DNA from: Schizochytrium sp. TIO01
Taxonomy: Eukaryota; Protista; Bigyra: Labyrinthulomycetes
Direction of reading: 5' to 3'
Length of the DNA stretch: 64,000 bases
Assembly (NCBI GenBank): GCA_004764695.1
Contig: SMSO01000031.1
Coordinates: forward strand, 6,554,761-6,618,760
Position numbers and translations under genes: made by a program. Position 1 is the first letter of the stretch. The number at the start of each line of letters is the position of its first letter. Of this stretch, positions 24,382 through 34,716 are shown one piece after another. The notes beneath the pieces are model-generated. The model searched no databases. It saw only the letters and a program-made list of their open reading frames with translations, and was not told the DNA's origin.

Positions 24382-27300
24382 CCCGCTGCTTCGTATAACG
24401 TGCAAGACTGCACCAAGTGCTGCAGTCCTAGCCCAAGTGAAGCACCCTGTTCACTCTAGTGACTCGCAAGCCACCAATCCTGCACTCTTCTAGGTTTCCT
24501 TCGTAATCGTGAGCAAAGAAGAGAAGCAGAATTGCTGCTAAATTAGCTCTGACAAAGCTGCGGCGCTCTAATTGCTGCTGGCTGAGGAATTCCCTCGCAA
24601 ACTCGCCTAAAACTCGTTCCGCACGTGCTTATCCTTTTCTGCCAAGTCCTCCCAAATATCGAGTCTCGTCCTCCCACGTCGGCAAACAAGCTCGCAATAA
24701 ACTTGTAGACACAAGCAAATCGCAAGAGTACGCTGAGACAAGCAAGCAAGTTATCGCTGGAGCTGCTAGAAGAACTAGCGCTTTCGAGTTGTAACAATGG
24801 GAGCCTGTCCCGCCTGCGAGTAGAGTACGTCCTTGCTCACCGTGTCGTACTCCTCGCAAACCACGCAAGCGCAAAACCGAATACTTGGAACGCCTTCTGC
24901 TGCGGCAAAGGGTGACAGCAAAAGTACAACTGAGCGACGTTGATCAGTACTTTGATGACTGCCCTGCAAGCCCAGATCTTCAACTTGAGCTGTGCACGAG
25001 CTCCTCACTGTTGCTCCTCCAATAAGGCACACCGCCACTTCTACCACAACGACTATGCGGTCCCTACCTTGAACTATAGCACTCCCTGTGGCAGTCAGTA
25101 GTACCTTCATTTTTTTGCTTCTTCATTCACGTGCTAAAACCGCGATGATGATAAGTGTGGCTGAAGAAGCAGGGAGACTTACTAATAAGTAGTCCAGGGC
25201 TGAAGTCTTTCGCACCCTCAAGCTGGGCGCGCTCTTAACCTGGTCGGAAACATGCCTTGGCTGTGCGTCGAGCTCCCGTAGAGATTTCGTGGTCGCGAGA
25301 GAGCGCGGGAGAAAGACCAGGGATGCCGCTGCACGCGCGGGGGATTTGGCTTCGAGTAGGTGAGGGTGTGCACTGGAGGTGAATGGATATTTGAATAAAT
25401 GAATAATTAAGAGTAAAGAAAAACTACTAAATAAATGAATGTTTGAATGAGATGAAAGCACGTGCCATCTTAAAGTTCAAGTTGATTGATGTGCTGATAT
25501 GGAATGGATAAAGGTGATATCATCGGCATACTTCACAGCATCAGAAATTGAGAAGGGAAGTAATTGGTGATGCACAATGATGCACGAATGGTTGAAGTGA
25601 CGATGAATCGTTGGCGATGAACTTTGCAAGCTTGATAATGAACTTAAGATAGTCAGCTGATCATGATGACGAACGACGAGGAAGTGGGAATGGTTAGTGA
25701 AAGATCAGCTTGGCCGCAGGCATGTGGGATGAATTCATCAGTAGAAATAGCGCTCAGTCAAAGGGGGCAGGGCAATGAAAGCAATTTAGCTATGTAGATA
25801 CTGGCAGCTTCGACGATCAGGAAATGTATGGTCATGTTTATGATTTTGTTGGGGAAAGGACTTGCGAAAGGACTTGGAACTTGCGCTAAATATTTCTTTA
25901 CTTCGAACAAAACATATACTTCAAGAATCATTCGAAATAGACAGTTCGAGCTAATGTGCAGAGGGCGACGGCGACAACGACGGCGACAAGTTGCTGTAGT
26001 AGTTTTGTTGGGCATGTGGACACTACCTAGTGCTTTTGAGCACCTGCCTTTGCTGCTAGTACCTGCATGCCTGACTGATAACCTTATGTCGATGACATCA
26101 ACTTGAAGGGGGAAATTACGCAAGTATTGCGGAAGACCCATTCCATAGATAAGCGGACATATTTGCGAGCCCACTTGCGATTGCAAAGCTTTGGACACAA
26201 CTATTAGGCAAGCCATATATACCTAGATATGCGGTTTAAAAGCATGGTGTTTGTTTGTGTCCAGGACTACTAGTAGGTAGTGATTGGTGCAGAGGCTGAA
26301 GGGCCTTCAAATGTGTGTCGTTTGAGGAGGAACTTTTCTCAATTGGAACCAACAGCAATTTGGGGGCTAGTTGCGCTACAAGTTTGCAACTAGAGAGGAT
26401 AGCAACAAAAAGAGTGTCGTGAAGCTTGGTCAATTTAAGGTGAACCCTTAAGCAGGCTGGACTAAGAATCTACAACAGTACCAGAATGAAGCTAGTGGTC
26501 ACTCGTAGATCACATTTATATCTATCAGAAGACTCTCAAACAAGCGCTGGCTTACTTTATTGCTGATTTGCTTGTAGTAAACTATCATGTTATTTTGCTG
26601 CAAAAGCTTGCATTTGCCTTTTATTGGTTCATCAAGCTTTCCAACCTAAAATTTAATCAAAAAATGCCCTTACTAGTTGAAATTAACAGAGAAAATGTGC
26701 CCAAAGGGGGACTATTTACATAAGATTTTAGCACAGATGTAGAGAAGAGGTGATGAGAATAGCAAGGTTGTAGACTAACACGCACAAGTTGTACTTGAAA
26801 TATAATGTCTCTTAAACATTTCGTCGACTTTTATGCAAACGAGCAGAGCTTGCGCTCTAGAACTCTAGAAATTAGACTAGGATAAGAGTAGCCAATATTC
26901 ACTAGATCGCTTCAACGCACTCGCTGGCTATTTTGTTCCAGGCTTACTAGGCTGACAGAATCTAGCAAAGGTTCATGAGTTGCTCGGGCTAATTATAGCT
27001 TGAACAAAGACACAAAAATACATTGGTACAATCGTTAGGTAAAGTGCCTTATTCTTTCGAAAGCGGCCGCAAACGCTATAACTTCATCACGAATTCATGT
27101 TCTTATACTACGTAGCTATCGTGCAGGTACCAGACCCAACCCTTCATCTAAAGCAATAGTTTAAGGTTTGTTGATAGAGTTTCAATAGAATGTCATGAAT
27201 TTGGTGAGAGGTTCATGTAATATAAATAGGCATATTAAATACCCCCCTCATGTATTGTTCAATGTGAGTAATACGGGGTTATCTTGCGACTACACTCTTG

Positions 27301-27695
27301 GAACAATTAGGTCTTTTAGCTATGGACAGATGATCTCAAGCTTTAAGTCGTGCGCAGAAGGCCTTCAAGTTATCTTGTCCTCTGCGACTCAGCCTGAAGG
27401 TTATTGTTTGACTAGCCTAACTAAACTAAATCTGGTGGACACTCTCTAAATCTAAACCAAAGAACCAAAACAGCGAGGTCTTTGGTTGTGTTGGGAACGT
27501 CTTCCCAACGCTTCGAAAGAAAAGTCCTTCACCATCGTTCAGTCCGCGGCAAGAGGTTTGGGTCTCACTCTACAACTCTTGACCAGATCTCGAGCTGGGT
27601 TAACAAGTGCCAGCTAGTACACAGTTCAGGTGTTAAAGTCCTCTCTTTTGCGTTTATAAGTGAGGCGCCAGGAACTTCAACATACTATAGCTGCA

Positions 27696-30252
27696 ATGGT
27701 CTTTCCGAAAGCTTTGGAGGCAGTCATTGCTGCGGTCCAGGACGGCGCTAGAGATGTTCAGTAAGTTCAGTCATTGTAATGCACCTAGATTTACAGAAAT
27801 TAACAGCAAATGAAATGCAATGTGCTAGGCTTGCAGACACCAACCTTGACACGTCTCAGATTCAAGCGCTTCTTGCAGCAGTCACCTATCAAGACGAACC
27901 ATTTACTCTAGAGTACGTTCATGATACAGTCAGGAGCAGAGTTTGTCCCATTTGCTAATCTTAATCATACTCTTAATCATATTGTGTGTGTATTTATACA
28001 CACAACTTGCAGGCTGGCATTTTGCAAAATTAGCGGTGACAATGTCTGTATGATTGCTGATGTGCTTCAGAAAAGCAATGGATTGACCAAGCTAAAGTAA
28101 GTATGATACAAAAACGCAATAGTAAAGAAAAATTGTACTCACAATTTTGAAATATGGTATTAGCCTTTGGGGAAATGAAGTAGGAGATGCCGGAGCGTCA
28201 GTGCTTGCTAATGGACTACGTGAGAGTGACTCGCTCGAAGAACTCAAGTAAGTTGCTATCGCTGCACGATCTAAGCAAAATCAGCAATAGTGTTAACGAA
28301 CTTTTGCTACCATTGCCCGTTCAGTCTATTTTTAAATAAAATTGGTCCTCAAGGCGCATCTGCAATTGCAGACGCTCTTATTGTGAATCACAGCCTACTT
28401 TGCCTCAAGTAAGTTCGCCTACTTCCTGCCGTACTTGCTCAATCTCTAACTCTTTGTGGCATGATTAACTTTGCAGCTTGTCACACAACTCGATCGGTCC
28501 AGAAGGTATAGTAGCTTTGTCAGAAGCTTTGCGATCAAACAAAACCTTGTTATCTCTCTTGTAAGTTGTTGTTAGTGAAGATAGGAATGCTGAGTCAACT
28601 ATCGTTATTTGATTACTAATATTACTTCATGCCTAGCTTGCAAGCAGTTCCTGTCGTGCAAGAGAGTGCGCAGTGCCTAGCAAATGCTCTAGAAGTTAAC
28701 AGTTCTCTTCAGGAGTTGGAGTAAGTGCTTCAGGGTTTGTAGCTGAAGATCGTCATTCAACAAATTCCAGGAAAACTAACCTCTTTTTCTTCCTATAGCC
28801 TCAATGGTGCTCGCCTCGATGCGCAGACAGCATCTATTTTAGTACACGCCTTAGAGACCAATACGTCTCTGTCTGTTTTGGAGTAAGTATGCCAACTATT
28901 TTAACAGCCTGAAATGCTTCATGACATCTAACACTCCATTTGTATCTCCTGAAATCAAAGTCTTTCGTATAACAAAATAGAATTCGAAGGCTTCGAAGCG
29001 CTTGCAGCCGTTTTGCACAGTAACCACACTCTTACAAACTTGAAGTAAGTATGCACTACTAGAACAGAGAACTCCCAAGTCTCTTCGGGAAATTTACTAA
29101 CTTTTTCTCATGCACACATGTTTTGTATTTCAGACTCAGAAGGACATATCCGAGCACAAACGGAATCGTCGCTCTTGCAAGTGCAATGCACAGTAACCAA
29201 TCCCTGACGTCGCTAGAGTAAGTTCTGCTGATGGATGGATCACTGAATTAAACGATTATTGACATTTATCACTTAGTCTTGCACAAAATAATATCTCAAG
29301 CGAAAGTGTAACAACATTAGTTCATTTCCTGTACCAGAATAAAACACTCTCTACTCTGAAGTAAGTCTTTAGTGAATAGAATTTAATTTGCATTATGGTG
29401 ACCTCACTGAGATTGAGCAAATAAACTAACGAGAATGAGTATTGGTAAAACTGTTAGTCTCGAGGATAATGACATTACAGACGACGGGGTATTCGCTATC
29501 GCTGAACTTTTAAAAATGAGCAAGCATCTCACAAACCTCGTGTAAGTTGTGTTATTTATTATGCTCTCTTTACTCTGAGCAGTTGCTTTGTAGTACAAAC
29601 GTATAAGATGACGCACTAATGATACCTAAATTCTTGGCTTTGGTTTGTGAGTTAACAGACTCTCAGACAATGAAATTACAGACGAGGGAGCTGCTGCACT
29701 TGCAGAAGCTTTACGTTTAAATGATTCCCTGGAGTTACTGAAGTAAGTTTGCACTTTTCCATTTCTCTCTCAGTCTTAATTGTTTGGAACTTGATCTCAA
29801 ATTAAACAGGTGTAACTAATTTAGGCACTAAATATCGTAGTCTGGAAAACAGTGAGGTTGGGGATAACGGAGCCCGTGCATTTGCAGGTGCTCTTCGAGA
29901 TAATAAAACTCTTTTGACTTTGATGTAAGTTGGCTGTTGCTTTACATAAATAATCGAAAAGAGATTTACCGACGAGAAGTTAATTCTAACATATTAATGG
30001 TGTTTCCTTACATTATGATTAGGCTGGACTGGACATGCATTGAAGCAGATGGGGCATCTGCGCTTGCAGATGCTCTGAATGATTCTACTACTATGCATTC
30101 TTTGATGTAAGTATATAATGTTTCACCTGAAGACAGGTTGATGTACTAACTAGGTACCGTTTGATTTTCTTGAAAGACTTGGAGATAACATTCCGGACGA
30201 AATTCTGGAGAGAATAAAAGCTCGCCTAGAGGCTATAAATAATGCAGAATAA
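27696..30252 (+). CDS. Ribonuclease-inhibitor/NLRC3-type LRR-only protein (438 aa), 16 exons, one LRR per 84-nt exon
   Basis: Reconstructed manually, absent from the ORF track. Exons 27696-27760, 27829-27912, 28013-28096, 28164-28247, 28325-28408, 28477-28560, 28637-28720, 28799-28882, 28961-29044, 29134-29217, 29277-29360, 29458-29541, 29659-29742, 29841-29924, 30023-30106, 30177-30252. The spliced frame is open to TAA. Example repeats: LWGNEVGDAGASVLANGLRESDSLEEL, LSDNEITDEGAAALAEALRLNDSLELL. Confidence 0.93.
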
Positions 30253-30938
30253 GTTTATATTTACCCCATTTTTATTTCTGCGCGATACCTGACTTTGGAA
30301 TTCTTTCCTCTAGTCTAGAGAGTGGTACGCCTAACTCTACCTAGCTGTCTAGTATGATATTCTTGCTAAAATGGTGCAAATGTAAAAGTTGGCTTTGTAC
30401 GTCGTATTTGCTAGGTTGCTCGCGCAAGGACCACATATACTATTAATTTCTTTATTAGGTACTCTTCCCCGAACTTCCAAAGCCTAGTGTCCGTAGGAGA
30501 GGGGAAACGTTAGATCTTATACAACCTCCAAGTGGTAGTTTTTATTCCATATAAATGATATATTATAATTATTTAGGTCTCTGTTAAGAAGTGGAACCTA
30601 CTGGGCACCTACAAACGACGATATTGATGAGTACCAGAACGAAAATAGAAGAATCCCACCGCTTTCTCCTCTGCTGGTGGTGGACGTAGTTGAGATAGGT
30701 TTGCCTCTTCCATTTCACTCTTGTGCAGGGATTCGGTCTTTGGGCTCTGATAAGAGACTCCGGTCTGTACAGTATCGAGACTACTGATTGCGATCAAGTA
30801 GAACCCACTCGACTCAGGACTTTTATAGAACAAAATTAAAGCTCTCGCAAAGATTGGCTGAACAGATTGTCCTTCTTTCTCCCAGAAACTGTGGATTCCT
30901 GCCTCCAAGTTGTGCTTTTGACCAATATATATTCTACT

Positions 30939-31731
30939 ATGTTCGAAAGTCTATTCTCTTTGCCTTTTTTAGGCCAAATAATTGACTTTGCAACACTTGT
31001 TTTTGCCTACCTCATGAGGATTGCGTCAGGTGCATATATTGCGACTAACATTACAAAGTGCCAGCGCCCAGAGCAAATGCTTGTTCTCTATGACCTAGAA
31101 CAGGATATCGACTCTCGAGAAGTGCGTGAAACACTCTGCACGCTTGATCTAGATGTTTTAGTGAAACCTTGTCCTCGCGGAGGGTCTCGATTTACAAATG
31201 AACGGAAGAAGTTGGCCAAGAACGACACTTCCTTGCCACTACTTTATGATCCAAATTCGAACAAGGTGATTTCCAATGCCAAGGCCATCAATGCTTATCT
31301 TTGGAACACTTACGGCAAAAAAGCCACCCCAAACTTGGGATTTCGCTTAGCTTTGTCAGATCTTGTAGGGCCAGTGTCTGGCCACATTACTTCGATGCTT
31401 CGTCCGTGCGACTCTCATGGACGTAAAGCTAAAGCTTCCAAGATCCCCAAGGAACCTCTCTTCTTATGGGGCAATGAGGGTTCACCATTCGTTGCAAGGG
31501 TACGCGAGGCATTAAGTTCACTTGAGATTGCTTACATTTACAAAACTACCCCCAAATTTACTTCTACAAAACGAAAAGAATGGATTCAACGCTTCGGGGA
31601 CCAGCTTTCTGCAGGGAAGAAAGATGGTAGGACTCATCCAGATCCCTTTGTTGGAGGATCCAAACACAGGGAAGAATTTGCTTGAGAGCTGCGATATTGT
31701 AAAGTACCTTTACGCAGAATATTCTGCTTGA
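30939..31731 (+). CDS. Tandem GST-N/glutaredoxin-like (2GST_N-type thioredoxin-fold) protein
   Basis: Two repeats: LYDLEQDIDSREVRETLCTLDLDVLVKPCPRGG..LLYDPNS and LWGNEGSPFVARVREALSSLEIAY..QIPLLEDPNTGKNLLESCDIVKYL. One extra G at about 31614-31616 splits the ORF. Confidence 0.8.
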
Positions 31732-32252
31732 TGCATGAGTGCTGATATAGTTAGTGCCACAGCGCTAAGACTGAGCATATAGGCAAATGACTGTGTTAAG
31801 TGTGTGTCACGCGTTTTCGTAATCCGTTACATCATATCAATGCAATTGTCAGTCCCTCTTTGCTTAGCTTGATGAGTTTTGATAACATCTTAAGATAAAT
31901 ACCTTGCTTCCCTTCAAAATCTCGTAAGCTCGTAGTTCATGTGCGCCTTTTCCTTTGTTGCATATCGACATTTCAACTGACAAAAATATCTTTCATATTT
32001 CAAGTCGATAGCAAAGCAAGCTTTAATGCACTGCCATCACATAGTGAAACACCATAAGAGTGTCTCCTTTGTGTCAGCTCAGATGAAGATCAATTGTGCC
32101 AACAGACGTAGCTACTCCGGTCAGCTGATTTGTGGGGTATACGAGAGAAAAAATGAGGGAAAGGAAAGAAGAAGGCAAAAAATGTATCATCACAGCAAAT
32201 GTCAATTGACTTCGAAAGAAGAGAACTCGCTTAGCGGGCACAACAACTTTCA

Positions 32253-33882
32253 TTAACGTACTCGAGCGGCAGATGCGGTTCCTTTGGAGAATCGGTCTGC
32301 CATGGACTCCGTATTATTATCAGAGGTCTTACGGCGTTTAGCATTCGGCAAGGAATTAGTCATGGATCGTGTCATGCGCCGAGTCGCATTGGGTCCACAG
32401 TTGCTCGAATCCTTGTTTTCTGCATTGTCAGAAGTGTTTTCATCTTTAGAAGATCGCCTCGAGTTTTTTTTTGAAGGTACCCTCTCCCTAGTATTGGCAG
32501 ACTTCTCAGCAATAGAGACGTGTTCCTTTTCAGATTTCTTTCTTCGAGGAACGGGTTTACTAACATCATGTTGAGAAGACAGTTCTCCGCAACGGCGCTT
32601 CGAGGTGGCAACCTTCGGTTCCTCCCGATCATTTCTATCTGAAGTACTGCTTTTGTCGAGATCAGAACTCAAATCCACGACTTCAGGAATTGTTGGCGGT
32701 TTTATTTTAGGCTTCTCCGAAGTTTTCATAGACCGTTTGTTGGTCCTTGAAGCCTTTTTGCGGCCACCATTAGCGGTTAAGCTAACTTCACCCTCGCTAT
32801 CTTCGGCAGCACGTTCGTCTTTGTTAGAATTTTCACCAGCACATGTCCACGACAATTTTTGCTGGCGCAAGGCATCATCCGAGGTCACAGACTTAAGGGG
32901 TCCAGTCAAAGTCGAAAAAAGGTCGTCATAAGGAACCTTATCGTTTTCACCAAGTGCAAGCACACTCTTAAGAAAATTTTCAGCAGCATCATGGATCTTC
33001 TTTGGTTTGATAGAAGCACATAGTTCCTTTGGAGTGGATGACGTTTTCCCGTCCAGGATTTCTTCTTCACTTTTGGCATTAGCCCAAGGCAAGGTCGATG
33101 TAAGCATCTCTACCAAAATGTAAGCAAGGGACTCCAGGTCATCGCGGAAGCAGGGGGGCTCTGAGTTGTGGATACGTGTGCTCATGTATAGTGGAGTCCC
33201 CATCGGTGCTTGTGGGACGCGAGCTCCCTGGTAGTTACGCTCCTTGCACGCGGCACCAAAGTCAACTAGATAGAGGCTATTCTCAGATCCCTCGGCGCGG
33301 CCAAGCATGAAATTGTCTGGCTTAACATCTCTAAACACAAAGCCAAACTTGTGCACAAATTCTAGTCCTCTGAGTAACTGTGCTGCTACATTGAGAGCTG
33401 TTTCGCCAGGTACCTGGCCTTTGCACGCCTTTATTTTTTCACTGAGGCTGGCTCCGAGTCTCTCGATTGCAAGGAAACACCATCCTCCAGGGATGTATTG
33501 GAAAGCAGCTTGGCTGTTGCTAGGCATGCGAGGGATAGGCAAGAACTTCTTCAAATCAGGCTTCAGTTTCCGGTTCTCAAAATCGTGCTGCTGCATCATG
33601 GTCCGGTAAATCGTGTTTTCAAGAGACACTAAATTCGCAGCTGAAGCTTGGTCATTTTTGGATTTCTTGGCCTTTGCTGCGGGCACTGGAGCAGTTTTGA
33701 GAACCCACTCGTTGGTCTCAGTACTGAGAAGCTTCGATCCACTGGAAGGATGCAAGTTTGCTTCATAAACCGAGCTGAAAAGCGCCACTGCCAAGCTTGC
33801 GACCAAGTTTCCAAGGTCCAAGTTCTTCAGGAGCGTCAGAGGCTTGCGTTTTGTTCGCTGCAGGTGCTGCTTTACGAGGCAT
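32253..33882 (-). CDS. Casein kinase 1 / VRK-like Ser/Thr kinase with a long basic disordered tail
   Basis: MPRKAAP..WKLGRKLGSGAF joins SSVYEA when one T is removed at about 33778-33781. Motifs WVLK, FVFRDVKPDNFML, LVDFG, GTPLYMS (no APE, typical of CK1), RDDLESLAY and LPW are present. Confidence 0.85.
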
Positions 33883-34361
33883 TTTTGGATGCAGAACACG
33901 TACAACAGTTATAAGTCTAAACACGTGGATTTCGCTGTTGCGAGCAGTGAGTTGGATTCCACTCCTTGCAACGGATGGCGCCAAGTAATTTCTCAATGAC
34001 GGGACAGCTGACACAGGCGAAAGGCCAACCGACTCGATAGCTTCGTTCGAAGGTTGGCTGTTCAGGCGTAGGTACAACCTGAACCAGCAATCAGCTTTAC
34101 TGGCGCCGAAGCACGAAACCTCTAGGCGATACCAGTTTGCAAGCCACAGGAGCCCGGCTTCTCTTGGACTTGAGGCCTATGCGCCCGTTTCACAAATAAG
34201 AAACCTAACCACATTAATAAAAATAAGAAAACATAGTCGTAACTATACCAATCCCTCTATAGCATAAAGGGAAGGGGAGGATAGTAGGCAGAACTATTCT
34301 AGGAGAGTTACTATTAGAATAGGATAGTAAGACAAATGAGGAGTCAATGCCTCCGCTCCCA

Positions 34362-34419
34362 AAAGTATAAAGTACCTCAAGCCAAAGAAGAAAGTATAAA
34401 GTACCTCAAGCCAAAGAAG
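34362..34419. repeat. Perfect 29-bp tandem duplication AAAGTATAAAGTACCTCAAGCCAAAGAAG x2
   Basis: Direct read. Confidence 0.9.
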
Positions 34420-34716
34420 ATACGCATTACGGTGTGCTGATTTCTTCGTTTTGATTTTACAACGAGCAAGCCAAGCTCGGCTGTTGCCATGCTGGATATG
34501 CTGCTGGAAAATAACCTGTTAAAAAGGTTTTACGTGCTCCATTATTCATTGATTGTGAAATATTTGTTGTAAGAAAGCAAACCAACCATTCTGAGGGTTT
34601 TAGTAATATTCTTCCATCTGAAGACTCTTAGCTCCTATAGGCAGATGGTCCTTTTATCACCATAAAGTGAATTTTACATTTACATTTACATTTACATTTA
34701 CATGTTTAGTATAGCT

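Noticed and set aside
27761-30176. Regularly spaced GTAAGT words at about 145-200-nt periodicity, superficially like a CRISPR or repeat array
   Set aside because: They are splice donors of the LRR gene. There is no long conserved direct repeat, no cas gene, and the context is eukaryotic.
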